From: Promethearchaeota archaeon
GTDB taxonomy: Archaea > Asgardarchaeota > Heimdallarchaeia > Hodarchaeales > Hodarchaeaceae
Assembly: GCA_048938105.1 (NCBI GenBank)
Contig: JBHLMN010000008.1
Coordinates: forward strand, 32,001-96,000
Direction: 5' to 3'
Length of the DNA: 64,000 bases
A program made the translations under genes and the position numbers. The notes below the pieces were generated by a model. It worked only from the letters and a program-made list of their open reading frames with translations. It searched no databases and had not been told where the DNA came from. The stretch's first letter is position 1. Every line of letters starts with the position of its first letter. Shown here in pieces: positions 30,359 to 40,264 of this stretch.

Positions 30359-30772
30359 ATGGCCTCAGTGAAGAAAATCATCATAGTGGTGATTATTACA
30401 TCAATAGTGATAATAGGAGGAGTTATCGGGATAAATCTGGTAAGAATGACTACTGATGTGGATTCACCAAGGTTAATTTCTGTAGAATATAATCCTAATC
30501 TCAAGGTGAACACATCCACAACAATTCAGATTTTTGTTGAAGATATATCAGGTATTGAATCGTGTAAGATCTATTATAGTATGAATGGTAGTGCTTGGGT
30601 TTCTAGAGAGCTTCGACATTACATTATCATTTGTTGTCCTCCTAGATATCTAATCAGATTAAGGCCTTTTAGATCCACTGGTATTCAATGGGATTTTTAT
30701 TTTGAAATCATAGATAAAAAGAATAATATATTAATCTCTGAAATTTACAGTTTTATTATTGTTGATTCTTAA
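30359..30772 (+). CDS. Membrane-anchored Ig-like protein with a CCPP motif
   Basis: N-terminal TM; DSPRL...VEDISGIESCKIYYS resembles the Ig-like domains of 15431-19021. Confidence 0.7.
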   Translation: MASVKKIIIVVIITSIVIIGGVIGINLVRMTTDVDSPRLISVEYNPNLKVNTSTTIQIFVEDISGIESCKIYYSMNGSAWVSRELRHYIIICCPPRYLIRLRPFRSTGIQWDFYFEIIDKKNNILISEIYSFIIVDS

Positions 30773-31041
30773 AATCGATATATGGAGGAATTTAACAAAA
30801 GAAAAACTTTTTTCCAAGTAAAATGGAATTGACTCTAAAAATAAAAAGAAAAGCGTTAATAAAACAAATTTATTGTGGAAAAATCGATTACTTTCTATCT
30901 TTTTGATACTATTTATAAGAGCTAAAGAATAAAAAGACATTCTTATTAAAGACTAAGAAATACAATAAAAAAGAGAAATAAACCCGACTTTTATATTAAG
31001 AGTTGTATAAATTCGAATAATGTGCTGCGAGAAGAACAAGA

Positions 31042-33378
31042 ATGGATAAGCGGTTAGTTGTTATATCAGCAGGAGTTGACCTATCACCATTGATGTTAGA
31101 ATTCCTCCAGGCTGGTCTTAGATTCGCAATAATTCTTAATACTACCGCTGATTTTTCGTTATCAAATAATGAGGCAAAAGATAGTGGAGAGGAAGTATGG
31201 TATCACCACGAAATTGTAAAACTGGCAAATGCAGTGGTACCTGATGATTTAACAAAAAGTTCATTGGCCAAGGTTTTTTCACAACCAGCTCAGACCCGAA
31301 TAACACTAAGCGATGCTGAGATGTTCTTAGTCCAATGGGTTAGCGAAAGAAAAAAGGCAAAACAAAGTTTTCATGACTTTTTTAAAGCATTAAACGAATA
31401 TGCTGGTATGCATCTTGAAGTTTATCCCTTAAAATTTCCTGAAGAAGTTGTTACAATCAAAACACCTACTTCACAAGTTCCGTTGCGATATTTCCAAATT
31501 ACTGGCTATGTAGATCGGAAAGCAGAGCAAAAAACCGATCTTGAGGAACTCCAAAAACTCTTAGTTGAAAGTCAGGAAATTAAAGAGAAAAAGAAAGGTA
31601 TAAAACCTATTGAAATCTTTGGATTAAATCTAAATCGAGACATCTTAACTGAAGAAGCGAGAAAAATCATCACTGAAGCTGATGCAATCCTTTGGCTAGC
31701 AGGAGATCCTTGTTCATTAGCTCTCCTCCTTTTACACAAAGAGTTCACCAAAACTGTGAAAGAATCAAAAGCTCCAGCTACATTGATTTGTCCTAGTCAA
31801 TTCAGTTTTCGGGAGCAATTCATACTACAATTATTGGGAGTCAAACCCACATTACTTGGAATTGCAGAACTAAGTACAGGGATTGTAGACAACCTCGTAG
31901 TTGGCCCTGAAGAGGCTAGTGAGGTTACATCTCTCCGTTCTAAAGGCTTTAATGTTATTATGGAAGATATCAGTAAAACAGAGGGTAAGAAAGGCTTATC
32001 ACCAATTCTAAAGGGCATGGGAATATCATTCAAGGATATTTCAGTCGAATCTGAAGAAGCTGATGAGAAACGATCACTTGAAGATCTTGTTACTCAACTT
32101 TCCTACAAAGTTGAAGAAATTCCTGAAGTTAAAGAACCAGATACTACAGAAATAGATACTAGTACTGAAGATATAGAGATGTCTGAAACTGCAACTGAGG
32201 CTACCCAAAGCGAAACTCTTCCCCCGCCAATAACACTACTAGATACAGAAAGAAAAAATTACGATTTTGATGATTCATCCTTAACCCTAACACAAGAAAT
32301 GATTGAAGGGCTCATGCAAGAATTAACTGAAGAATTCCCATCATCAGAGCAACAATCCCCAGTTGTTATCGATGAGGATGTTTTAAGTTCTGCTTCAAGG
32401 GAGAATGACAGAGGAGAACCAAGTATTCAATTTGAAAGTCAAGAATCTTTCACTGAAGCGATTCAAAAGCTTTTAAAGTTAGAGAAGATCGACCAAGAGA
32501 GTGAATTAGTTCAGGGGATAAGAGATGCTATCTCAAAGAATGCAGATATGGCAATTTATGCTGCAAAGAAGCTCACTAAAGAGTTGGAAACGCACCCCAC
32601 TCAAATTATCCCAATATATCTTGAATTCCTTAAACCTAGAGCTTTAACATTTATTAAAGAATTATTAGATTGGCTATTAACAGATCTAGAATCTCCAGAT
32701 TATGTAGCTTTTGCTCAACGAGTTTCCGTTATCATTTCGATGAGTAAACAAGATGTTCAATTCATAGAACAATTGATTACACAAATCGTTGATTATCATA
32801 TTTCGAAGTCTCTTCCCCCTACTGAACGAGAGCGCATACGCACAATAATTGGAATGATTACTGCCCGAAATGTGACGCTACAAAGACGAGCTATTAGGAC
32901 ATACTTAAGCTATTATGAATCATCTGAAGTAAAACCAGATGAACTCTGGCTTGGTCTTATTAAATTTGATGCGACTCTAGTAGCGCTTGAAATCATTGAA
33001 CATCAGAGTGAAATAGGAGTTAAACTCGTACAGGATGCATTATCGCGAAATTTCGGTTCGTTTGGACATATTGTTTATGATGTATTCCACGCTTACCAAA
33101 AAGGAGATATTCAGCGTGTATTAACGTTTGCAGGAACGCTCTCAGATGGTCTGCTTAGAAAACAAAAACGAATGGAACTCGCGGCAAAGATAACTAAATT
33201 TGGAAGCGTACCAATCGAAACATTGGCACGAAGTGTTGAAATTGATCCCAAGGAATTAGAAAATCTTGTTTATGAGATGATAAACGAAAATGAGATCAAT
33301 GCTAAAATCGATGTCGTTGAAGGACGTCTCTGTATAGTGCAGTTGAATGACAAAGAGAAAGAAGAAGGTGAAAAGTAA
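31042..33378 (+). CDS. Degenerate CofD/UPF0052-fold domain, acidic linker, helical region and C-terminal PCI domain
   Basis: LVVISAGV...ILNTTADF...EARKIITEADAILWLAGDP (CofD-like); GSVPIETLARSVEIDPKELENLVYEMINENEINAKID (PCI). Confidence 0.7.
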   Translation: MDKRLVVISAGVDLSPLMLEFLQAGLRFAIILNTTADFSLSNNEAKDSGEEVWYHHEIVKLANAVVPDDLTKSSLAKVFSQPAQTRITLSDAEMFLVQWVSERKKAKQSFHDFFKALNEYAGMHLEVYPLKFPEEVVTIKTPTSQVPLRYFQITGYVDRKAEQKTDLEELQKLLVESQEIKEKKKGIKPIEIFGLNLNRDILTEEARKIITEADAILWLAGDPCSLALLLLHKEFTKTVKESKAPATLICPSQFSFREQFILQLLGVKPTLLGIAELSTGIVDNLVVGPEEASEVTSLRSKGFNVIMEDISKTEGKKGLSPILKGMGISFKDISVESEEADEKRSLEDLVTQLSYKVEEIPEVKEPDTTEIDTSTEDIEMSETATEATQSETLPPPITLLDTERKNYDFDDSSLTLTQEMIEGLMQELTEEFPSSEQQSPVVIDEDVLSSASRENDRGEPSIQFESQESFTEAIQKLLKLEKIDQESELVQGIRDAISKNADMAIYAAKKLTKELETHPTQIIPIYLEFLKPRALTFIKELLDWLLTDLESPDYVAFAQRVSVIISMSKQDVQFIEQLITQIVDYHISKSLPPTERERIRTIIGMITARNVTLQRRAIRTYLSYYESSEVKPDELWLGLIKFDATLVALEIIEHQSEIGVKLVQDALSRNFGSFGHIVYDVFHAYQKGDIQRVLTFAGTLSDGLLRKQKRMELAAKITKFGSVPIETLARSVEIDPKELENLVYEMINENEINAKIDVVEGRLCIVQLNDKEKEEGEK

Positions 33379-33399
33379 GTACGGAGGATTTCTTGAACT

Positions 33400-34413
33400 T
33401 TAAATCTGAGGGACATAATTTACCAAAATGAAGATTACTACTAGCAGAATAGTAACTACAAAGATCCAAATAATATTCATTCTTCTTACTTTTTCAGATT
33501 GTCTCTTAGACAGGCCTCTACTTTTTACTCCAAATATCCAAAACACTCCAGTGCAAGAGAGATTGATTGCTAGGATGTTAAATAGAAGGAGACCAGTAGC
33601 AGGTATTGCCAAGTTAAATTCCCCAAGCGCTAATAAAATCCCAATAGTTGCTGCAGGGGGACATAATGATGCCGCTATAGCTACTCCAACAATTGAAACA
33701 TCTAGTCCTCGTGCGACTACTATTCCTGCGGCAAGTCCTCCCAATAATGCAAGAGCTATTATCGGGGCATCTAGTCTTGTACGATTAAGTAATTCTGTTG
33801 TTAATTCAATTTCTTTTGTTAAAATTCCTAGAGTGCTAAGATATTGAAAGATCACGACCATTAATCCTCCAACTATCACCGTTACCGAAATACCTGTGAT
33901 TTCAGCTAGTAATCCCCTTTTAATGAATGAAGTTGTTTCAAGACTTAATAATCCAAGAGAAGTCAGTACTATTGGCCCTAGGAGAGGAGCTACAATCATA
34001 CTAGCAATGATGACAACCACATCATTATTAAGAAGACCAAAAGCAGCTAGAGCAGCTGCAAGGCAGTTCATAAGAATATAAATACCAGAAAATCCTGAAA
34101 TTTCGCCAAGAGTTGCTAATATCTCTTGTTTATTTACTCCCGCGCTCGTAGGTAAGATATCTTCTTCCTTTCTACTGGAAATAAGTAAAGATACCGGTTT
34201 GACAACTATCTCGCCATAAGCTACACCTATTCCTCGGGCTTTCAGTTCTTCTAAAGCGAAATTTGTCTGATAGTCTTCAATTCTGCATTCAAAGCGGAAA
34301 GATTCACCAAAATTGTAACTTGTGGCTTGAAGAGAAAATTCCTTCAAAAATTCCTCCATCAAAGTTTTACGATCAGTAGGGAGGGTAACTTGAATTTCCT
34401 TCATGAATTTCAC
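33400..34413 (-). CDS. DUF389/TIGR00341-family membrane protein
   Basis: VIIASMIVAPLLGPI; VGVAIAASLCPPA. Confidence 0.9.
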   Translation of the reverse strand: MKFMKEIQVTLPTDRKTLMEEFLKEFSLQATSYNFGESFRFECRIEDYQTNFALEELKARGIGVAYGEIVVKPVSLLISSRKEEDILPTSAGVNKQEILATLGEISGFSGIYILMNCLAAALAAFGLLNNDVVVIIASMIVAPLLGPIVLTSLGLLSLETTSFIKRGLLAEITGISVTVIVGGLMVVIFQYLSTLGILTKEIELTTELLNRTRLDAPIIALALLGGLAAGIVVARGLDVSIVGVAIAASLCPPAATIGILLALGEFNLAIPATGLLLFNILAINLSCTGVFWIFGVKSRGLSKRQSEKVRRMNIIWIFVVTILLVVIFILVNYVPQI

Positions 34414-34702
34414 CTATATTAGGGAATTAATACCTATCAATAATTGGAGATGGGAAATATCAACGATTAACGGTGAATTATTACAAATTAGACTTGACCT
34501 ATTTGATTTTGAATATTTTTAAATGACTGGGTTTCCACTAATCAATGGTTAAAAAACTAAACCTAAATCTATGTTTTAAATATCTTGGTGGATTATTTAA
34601 AAGATGATTAATAGATTTAAATGATTAATAAAAGAGGGAAGACAATTTATCATTAACTCCAGTAGAAACATGATACTCGTTAACTGAGCAGCAGGCTAGA
34701 GA

Positions 34703-36439
34703 ATGACAATGATTCCTAGTTCACAGCAGGAAAAAATGAAACATTATCAAGCAAGAATTATAGAAGTCATGTCAAAGTCTGGTGTCTCCAATTTATGGTA
34801 TTTTTCTATTATTTTGTTTTTTCTTGTACTTGTCTTATTTCCTACGATTTTTGTCTTAATTTATGTGATCCTAGAATTTGCTATTATCCAATCGGAGGTG
34901 CTTTCTAACCCAACAATCATGTCTGAAATTTTACAAGCGTTAATGTATTCAATTACTGTATCAGTCATTGTAACAATAGTAGACCTGATATTTGGGCTTC
35001 CTATTTCTTGGATATTAGTGCGAAAAGAATTTCGGTTCAAATCGATCTTAAATAGTATTATTGAACTCCCTTTGGCTGTCCCTACAGCTGGTCTTGGTTT
35101 CTCAGTCGCCCTTTTTTGGGGAGTGACTCCAAGTGTTCCCAAAGAAGAAGGTTTAGTATCAGTTTTTGCATTGAATTTCATACAAGATGCACTTCCTATT
35201 TTGATTCTCTTCCATTTTACTACAACATTTCCATATGTTGTTCGTTCATTGGCAGCGATATTAGATGAAATTGACATCACACTAGAAATCGCTGCTCGAA
35301 CATGTGGAGCAAGTAAGTTTACAGCAGCAAGAACTGTTACACTTCCTTTATTCCGTTCTGGTGTTGCGACAGCAATGGTATTAAGTCTTGCCAAAAGTTT
35401 AAGTGATACTGGTGGAGTGATGACCGTCTTAGCCACAATTAATAGCCTTAAACAGACTGGTACTGTACTAATTGGAAATTGGAAAGGAGAGTACAAAGAT
35501 GCAATTGCAGCAGGGGAGGAACCACTCAGTTATCTATTACCTGGTATGGCTTTTGTGAGTGTATTAATGATCTGTATCGCATTATTTTTAGTTTTTCTTG
35601 CGAAAATTCTAGCAAAACAAGCAAAATTACCATTTCGGAGAGTATTTCCCAGCTTTGAATGGAGAATCAGTGAGGGTACAGCACCAAAAGCTCGATCAAT
35701 TTTATCTTTCGGTTTCCTAGTAGTATTTGTTTTAATTCCCTCATTTTTCCTAGTTTTATATCTTTTTCAAGGAATAAGTGTTGAAAAACTTTTCACTGCT
35801 GATTGGCTACTTTTTAGCCAAAGTATTCTATTATCAGTAATAGTAGCAACTGTTGCAACCATTGTAAATGTTTGTTTAGGGGTTCCAATGGCGATTCTAA
35901 TTACACGAAAAAACCATCCTTTCTCACGTATTCTTGATGCACTGGTCGATATTCCTTATATTGTACCAAGTGCAGCATTAGGGTTTAGTGTAGGATTGTT
36001 CTGGACTACTCAATTTATTTTTCCCCCAAATGAATTATTCTTTGTTATTATGGCTCATATTAGTATGACTTTTCCTTTCATCGTTAGAAATACCATTGGA
36101 GGATTAGCTGAACTTGATCCTTCATATGAAGATGCTGCACGAAGCTTAGGTGCTCGACCTGTTCAAACATTTCGTCATGTTACTCTTCCAGTAGTAAAAT
36201 TTTCAATTATCGCTGGAGCAATCATGTCTTTTACCCGTAGTATTGGAGAAACTGGAGCAACTTTAGCAGTATCTCCTGAATCTATCACTGCTCCAGTTTT
36301 CATCGTTGAATTGATAAAGGGGGTAAAGCCCGATTATTTTTTCGCAGCTCTCACAACAGTGATCTTAATTTTGATTTCTTCTCTATTGATCTTCGTTCTA
36401 AGAATTACAATAACAAAAAAAGGTAAACACGTTGTGTAG
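34703..36439 (+). CDS. ABC importer permease with two fused TM modules (Fe3+/thiamine/anion class)
   Basis: Two EAA loops: LEIAARTCGASKF and YEDAARSLGARP. Confidence 0.9.
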   Translation: MTMIPSSQQEKMKHYQARIIEVMSKSGVSNLWYFSIILFFLVLVLFPTIFVLIYVILEFAIIQSEVLSNPTIMSEILQALMYSITVSVIVTIVDLIFGLPISWILVRKEFRFKSILNSIIELPLAVPTAGLGFSVALFWGVTPSVPKEEGLVSVFALNFIQDALPILILFHFTTTFPYVVRSLAAILDEIDITLEIAARTCGASKFTAARTVTLPLFRSGVATAMVLSLAKSLSDTGGVMTVLATINSLKQTGTVLIGNWKGEYKDAIAAGEEPLSYLLPGMAFVSVLMICIALFLVFLAKILAKQAKLPFRRVFPSFEWRISEGTAPKARSILSFGFLVVFVLIPSFFLVLYLFQGISVEKLFTADWLLFSQSILLSVIVATVATIVNVCLGVPMAILITRKNHPFSRILDALVDIPYIVPSAALGFSVGLFWTTQFIFPPNELFFVIMAHISMTFPFIVRNTIGGLAELDPSYEDAARSLGARPVQTFRHVTLPVVKFSIIAGAIMSFTRSIGETGATLAVSPESITAPVFIVELIKGVKPDYFFAALTTVILILISSLLIFVLRITITKKGKHVV

Positions 36440-36452
36440 GAGAGAAGTGTAG

Positions 36453-37616
36453 GTGGTAAAAGCACATATTGAAATTCAAGACTTAAATAAGCGCTTCGGG
36501 AAGCTTTACGCCATACAAGATTTTAATTTAGAAGTAGAACGTGGAGAATATGTTGTAATTCTAGGGCCAACTGGTGCGGGGAAAACTACACTACTGAAAT
36601 TGATTGCTGGTTTAGTTAAACCAACATCAGGGAACATATATAAGAACGGTGAGTTATTAAATAATATTCCACCTGAAAAACGCAATTTAGCATATCTACC
36701 TCAAACATCAGATTATTCTCTTTTTCCATATATGAATGTCTGGGATAACACTGTTTTTTCTCCAAAAGTGAGAGGAAATAAACCATGGGAGGAAGTATTA
36801 ACCTTGGGAGATGAAATACTCGATTTAGTTAACTTAAGAACTCGCTACAATGCATATCCTCATGAATTAAGTGGAGGGATGATGCAGCGTGTTGCTTTAG
36901 CACGAGCGATAGCGGCAGATGCAGACGTTTTCCTGTTAGATGAGCCGTTACGAGCTTTAGATGCAAGGTTACGTATTCGATTACGAAAAGAGATACGAAA
37001 ATTAGTTAGTGATCTTGAAAAAACAACATTTCATGTAACCCATGACCAAGAAGAAGCGATAGCGGTCGCTGATAGAGTGTTAATCATAAATAAGGGGAAA
37101 ATTGTCCAATTTGATATTCCTGAAGAAATCTACAATTATCCTTCTACATTATTCGCAGCTTACTTTTTTGGTACAACAAATTTAATTCCAGCCCTAAGAG
37201 CAAGAAATAAAAATAATGGGGATGTGGTGCGAGTAGGGGAACATAAAATAAGTATTAAATCCCAAGATATTGTCCGTGGTATAGACAAAAATGAAAGTAA
37301 TTCAGAAGAGGAAATTGTGCTTGCGATTAAAGCGGAAAAAATCCTTGTGGCCCCCTTAATAGAAACTAGGACTGAATTAAAATCTAATGTAAATATCTTT
37401 GAAGGAACTGTTGAACAGGCTTTTTTCCTAGGAAAATGGGCAAATCTTGCTGTTAAGGTAGAAGGACTTTCGAAGAAAGAGCTTCAAGTGATTATTCCTT
37501 CATCAGATCTTCAACATTACGATGTTGGAACTAATGTTAGACTAGAAATTCCATTTGAGAATATATCTTATTTCGTTGAACCTTGGGAGTTAGTTAAAAA
37601 ACTGGAGATGACTTAG
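36453..37616 (+). CDS. ABC ATP-binding protein (PotA/CysA-like with TOBE domain)
   Basis: GPTGAGKT, LSGGMMQR, LLDEP, HVTHD. Confidence 0.93.
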   Translation: MVKAHIEIQDLNKRFGKLYAIQDFNLEVERGEYVVILGPTGAGKTTLLKLIAGLVKPTSGNIYKNGELLNNIPPEKRNLAYLPQTSDYSLFPYMNVWDNTVFSPKVRGNKPWEEVLTLGDEILDLVNLRTRYNAYPHELSGGMMQRVALARAIAADADVFLLDEPLRALDARLRIRLRKEIRKLVSDLEKTTFHVTHDQEEAIAVADRVLIINKGKIVQFDIPEEIYNYPSTLFAAYFFGTTNLIPALRARNKNNGDVVRVGEHKISIKSQDIVRGIDKNESNSEEEIVLAIKAEKILVAPLIETRTELKSNVNIFEGTVEQAFFLGKWANLAVKVEGLSKKELQVIIPSSDLQHYDVGTNVRLEIPFENISYFVEPWELVKKLEMT

Positions 37617-38714
37617 ATGCCAAATGTACAATTAATAGGGGTTTCTAAATTTTTTGGGCGGATTAAGGCTCTTGAAGATATAAATTTAGAAATCAAAGAA
37701 GGGGAATACGTTGGTATTTTGGGTCCATCTGGATGTGGGAAGACCACATTGATAAATTGTATCACTGGAATCGTCGAACCAACACATGGAACGATCTTGA
37801 TTGATGGAAAAAGTGTGATAAATATCCCTATTGAACGAAGAGATTTTGCAATGGTTTTTCAAAGTATTGCGATATTTCCTCATATGACAGTAGAACAAAA
37901 TGCTGCTTATGGACCTTTTGTTAGGGATGTACCTAAACAAACTCAGGGGAAAATAAGTGAAGAAATGTTACGATTGGTCGATATACTTGATCAGAAACAG
38001 TTATGTCCCCGTTCATTAAGTGGAGGAGCTAAACAAAAAACCGCGGTTGCACGAGCTCTAGCCAATCAAGAAAAGCTACTAATATTAGATGAACCAATCT
38101 CAGCTTTAGATTATAAAGTTAGGGTGTCCCTTCGGTATGAACTCAGACGATTGGTGAAAAAATTAGGATTAACTGCCGTGCATATTACGCATGACCAAGA
38201 AGAAGCAATGTCGATATCTGATCGACTGGTTATTCTACGAGCAGGGCGGATTGTCGAATCTGGAACTCCTCAACAGCTTTACGAACATCCGCAAACATTA
38301 TTCTCAATGAATTTTGTAGGAGAAAGTAACTTTTTAGAGGGAATGATCAAAAGCAAGAGAGCTCAGGAGTCTTATTTTAGAATTGAGTTTCGAAATCATC
38401 AATACATTGATCTTCAAGGCTTAGAAGGGGATTTTGATCAGGGGGAAAGTATTGTCTTGGCTTTCCGTCCTGAAACCATAAATTTTCGCTTTCAGGAAGA
38501 AGATAATACTTTGAGAGGAACTATTTTACGAAAAAGATTTATGGGGGGATACATTCGATATGAAGTGGAGTTATTAACGGATGATTTGATAATCATTGAT
38601 TCTCCAACTCTATTAGAAGAAAAGAAAAAGATATATATCCAAATAGACCCCCAGGAAGCACGTTTATTCGCTGCTCCAGAATTTGGTTTAAAGAAGGTAT
38701 TAGCACTTGAGTAA
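37617..38714 (+). CDS. Second ABC ATP-binding protein (PotA/CysA-like)
   Basis: GPSGCGKT, LSGGAKQK, ILDEP, HITHD. Confidence 0.93.
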   Translation: MPNVQLIGVSKFFGRIKALEDINLEIKEGEYVGILGPSGCGKTTLINCITGIVEPTHGTILIDGKSVINIPIERRDFAMVFQSIAIFPHMTVEQNAAYGPFVRDVPKQTQGKISEEMLRLVDILDQKQLCPRSLSGGAKQKTAVARALANQEKLLILDEPISALDYKVRVSLRYELRRLVKKLGLTAVHITHDQEEAMSISDRLVILRAGRIVESGTPQQLYEHPQTLFSMNFVGESNFLEGMIKSKRAQESYFRIEFRNHQYIDLQGLEGDFDQGESIVLAFRPETINFRFQEEDNTLRGTILRKRFMGGYIRYEVELLTDDLIIIDSPTLLEEKKKIYIQIDPQEARLFAAPEFGLKKVLALE

Positions 38715-39408
38715 ACATGAAGAAAGTAGTTTATTGCATTGGTTCCGTCAGCGGCGAAACCAAGTAATTTTGAAGGGTTTAGATGAACATAATGAGAAAA
38801 TTTTAGATACACTAACCTCTTGCGAAGAATTAATCAAACATATGGCATCACCCGAGTTGGCTCGTGTAGAAAAGCTATATAATCGAGTAAGTATGCTTGA
38901 AAGGTCTGCGGATCACTGCCAAGATGATCTCGCTAATGAAATAGCACGGGGAGTGCTCCCACCTGAAATTCGGGAAAAACTGTATCGTCTTGTTCGAGTA
39001 GCTGATGCAACAGCAAATTGGACAAAGACTGCTAGCAAAAATTTAGTTATACTTGCTAAACTAGATGTAGACATGTTACAATTTGAAGATCCAATATTGA
39101 ACTATTTTAAGGAAATAAATAAACTTACGATAGAATCTGTTCGTATTTTTCGAAAGATGTGTTCATCTCTTGGACGAGATGATCGAATTATTATTGATAA
39201 TCGCCAGATCATTGAAGATCGTGAACGTGAGGCTGATGAGGTTCATTTTCGCGCAAGAGAGGAAATTTTAGGGATTTCTGATAGTTTTGGATATTCTATT
39301 CACTTTCTTCTTCTGGACACTGTAAAAAACTTCGAAAATGCTTCCGATGCCATAACATCTGCTGCAGATGTCTTGTACACCATTGTGTTATTAGGAACCC
39401 CAGCTTAA
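38707..39408 (+). CDS. DUF47/PhoU-like phosphate transport regulator
   Basis: LERSADH...GVLPPEIRE...EREADEVH...ENASD repeats; overlaps the upstream stop. Confidence 0.8.
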   Translation: MSKHEESSLLHWFRQRRNQVILKGLDEHNEKILDTLTSCEELIKHMASPELARVEKLYNRVSMLERSADHCQDDLANEIARGVLPPEIREKLYRLVRVADATANWTKTASKNLVILAKLDVDMLQFEDPILNYFKEINKLTIESVRIFRKMCSSLGRDDRIIIDNRQIIEDREREADEVHFRAREEILGISDSFGYSIHFLLLDTVKNFENASDAITSAADVLYTIVLLGTPA

Positions 39409-39453
39409 TTAATTCTTCCATTCTTTTAATCACTGTCGGAGAACTAGTTTGTT

Positions 39454-40173
39454 ATGATCAAATATGATAGAAACACTAGAATCACAGTGATTTCTGGAGC
39501 AGGATTCTCCCAAGCATCTGGGATCCCAACTTTCCGAGGAAAGAATGGCTTATGGAAGAACTATGATCCTTCTGATTTGGCTACTCCTAGTGCTTTCGCT
39601 AGAGATCCAAAACTTGTTTGGGAATGGTACAAGTGGCGCTTAAATATTATTTTAAATGCAGATCCAAATCTGGCACACTTAACGTTGGCAAAAGTAGAGC
39701 AGGAAGGTTTTGATGTAGTTATTCTAACACAAAATGTCGATGATCTTCATGAAAGAGCAGGATCACAGAATGTGATACATCTTCATGGTGAAATACGTCA
39801 AGTAAGATGTGTCAGCTGTGGAGAGAAATTCTATTGGACATTAGATCTCCTTAAAATTATTAATGACATACCTAAATGTGATACCTGTGCATCAGTTTGC
39901 CGTCCTGATGTTGTGTGGTTTGGAGAAGGTTTGGATAGTAAAATCATTCAAAGCTGTATTACACGACTATCTATAACAGATATATTGATCGTTGCTGGAA
40001 CATCAGGAGTAGTTTATCCTGTGGCTGAATTTCCATTCCTGTCCAAAAGACAGAATCCATCAATTCAGATTTTTGAGTTCAATCTTGATTATACACCTAT
40101 TTCTAATATTGCTACTAAAACAATTCTTGGATCAGTTGAGAAGACGCTCCCAAACTTCATTCAATCTAAATGA
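39454..40173 (+). CDS. cobB: NAD-dependent protein deacylase (sirtuin)
   Basis: SGAGFSQASGIPTFRG, TQNVDDLHE, HLHG, CxxC...CxxC, RPDVVWFGE, GTSGVVYP. Confidence 0.93.
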   Translation: MIKYDRNTRITVISGAGFSQASGIPTFRGKNGLWKNYDPSDLATPSAFARDPKLVWEWYKWRLNIILNADPNLAHLTLAKVEQEGFDVVILTQNVDDLHERAGSQNVIHLHGEIRQVRCVSCGEKFYWTLDLLKIINDIPKCDTCASVCRPDVVWFGEGLDSKIIQSCITRLSITDILIVAGTSGVVYPVAEFPFLSKRQNPSIQIFEFNLDYTPISNIATKTILGSVEKTLPNFIQSK

Positions 40174-40264
40174 TCTTCATTGTTTTCTAATAATCTTAAA
40201 AAGCATATATGAAATCCTAGCCCCATCAACATTCTTTTACTAAATTATTTGTGAGATGAACTGA

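Noticed and set aside
34861-35496. 211-aa antisense ORF and similar short ORFs nested in larger genes
   Set aside because: They overlap well-supported genes on the opposite strand or in another frame and carry no motifs.
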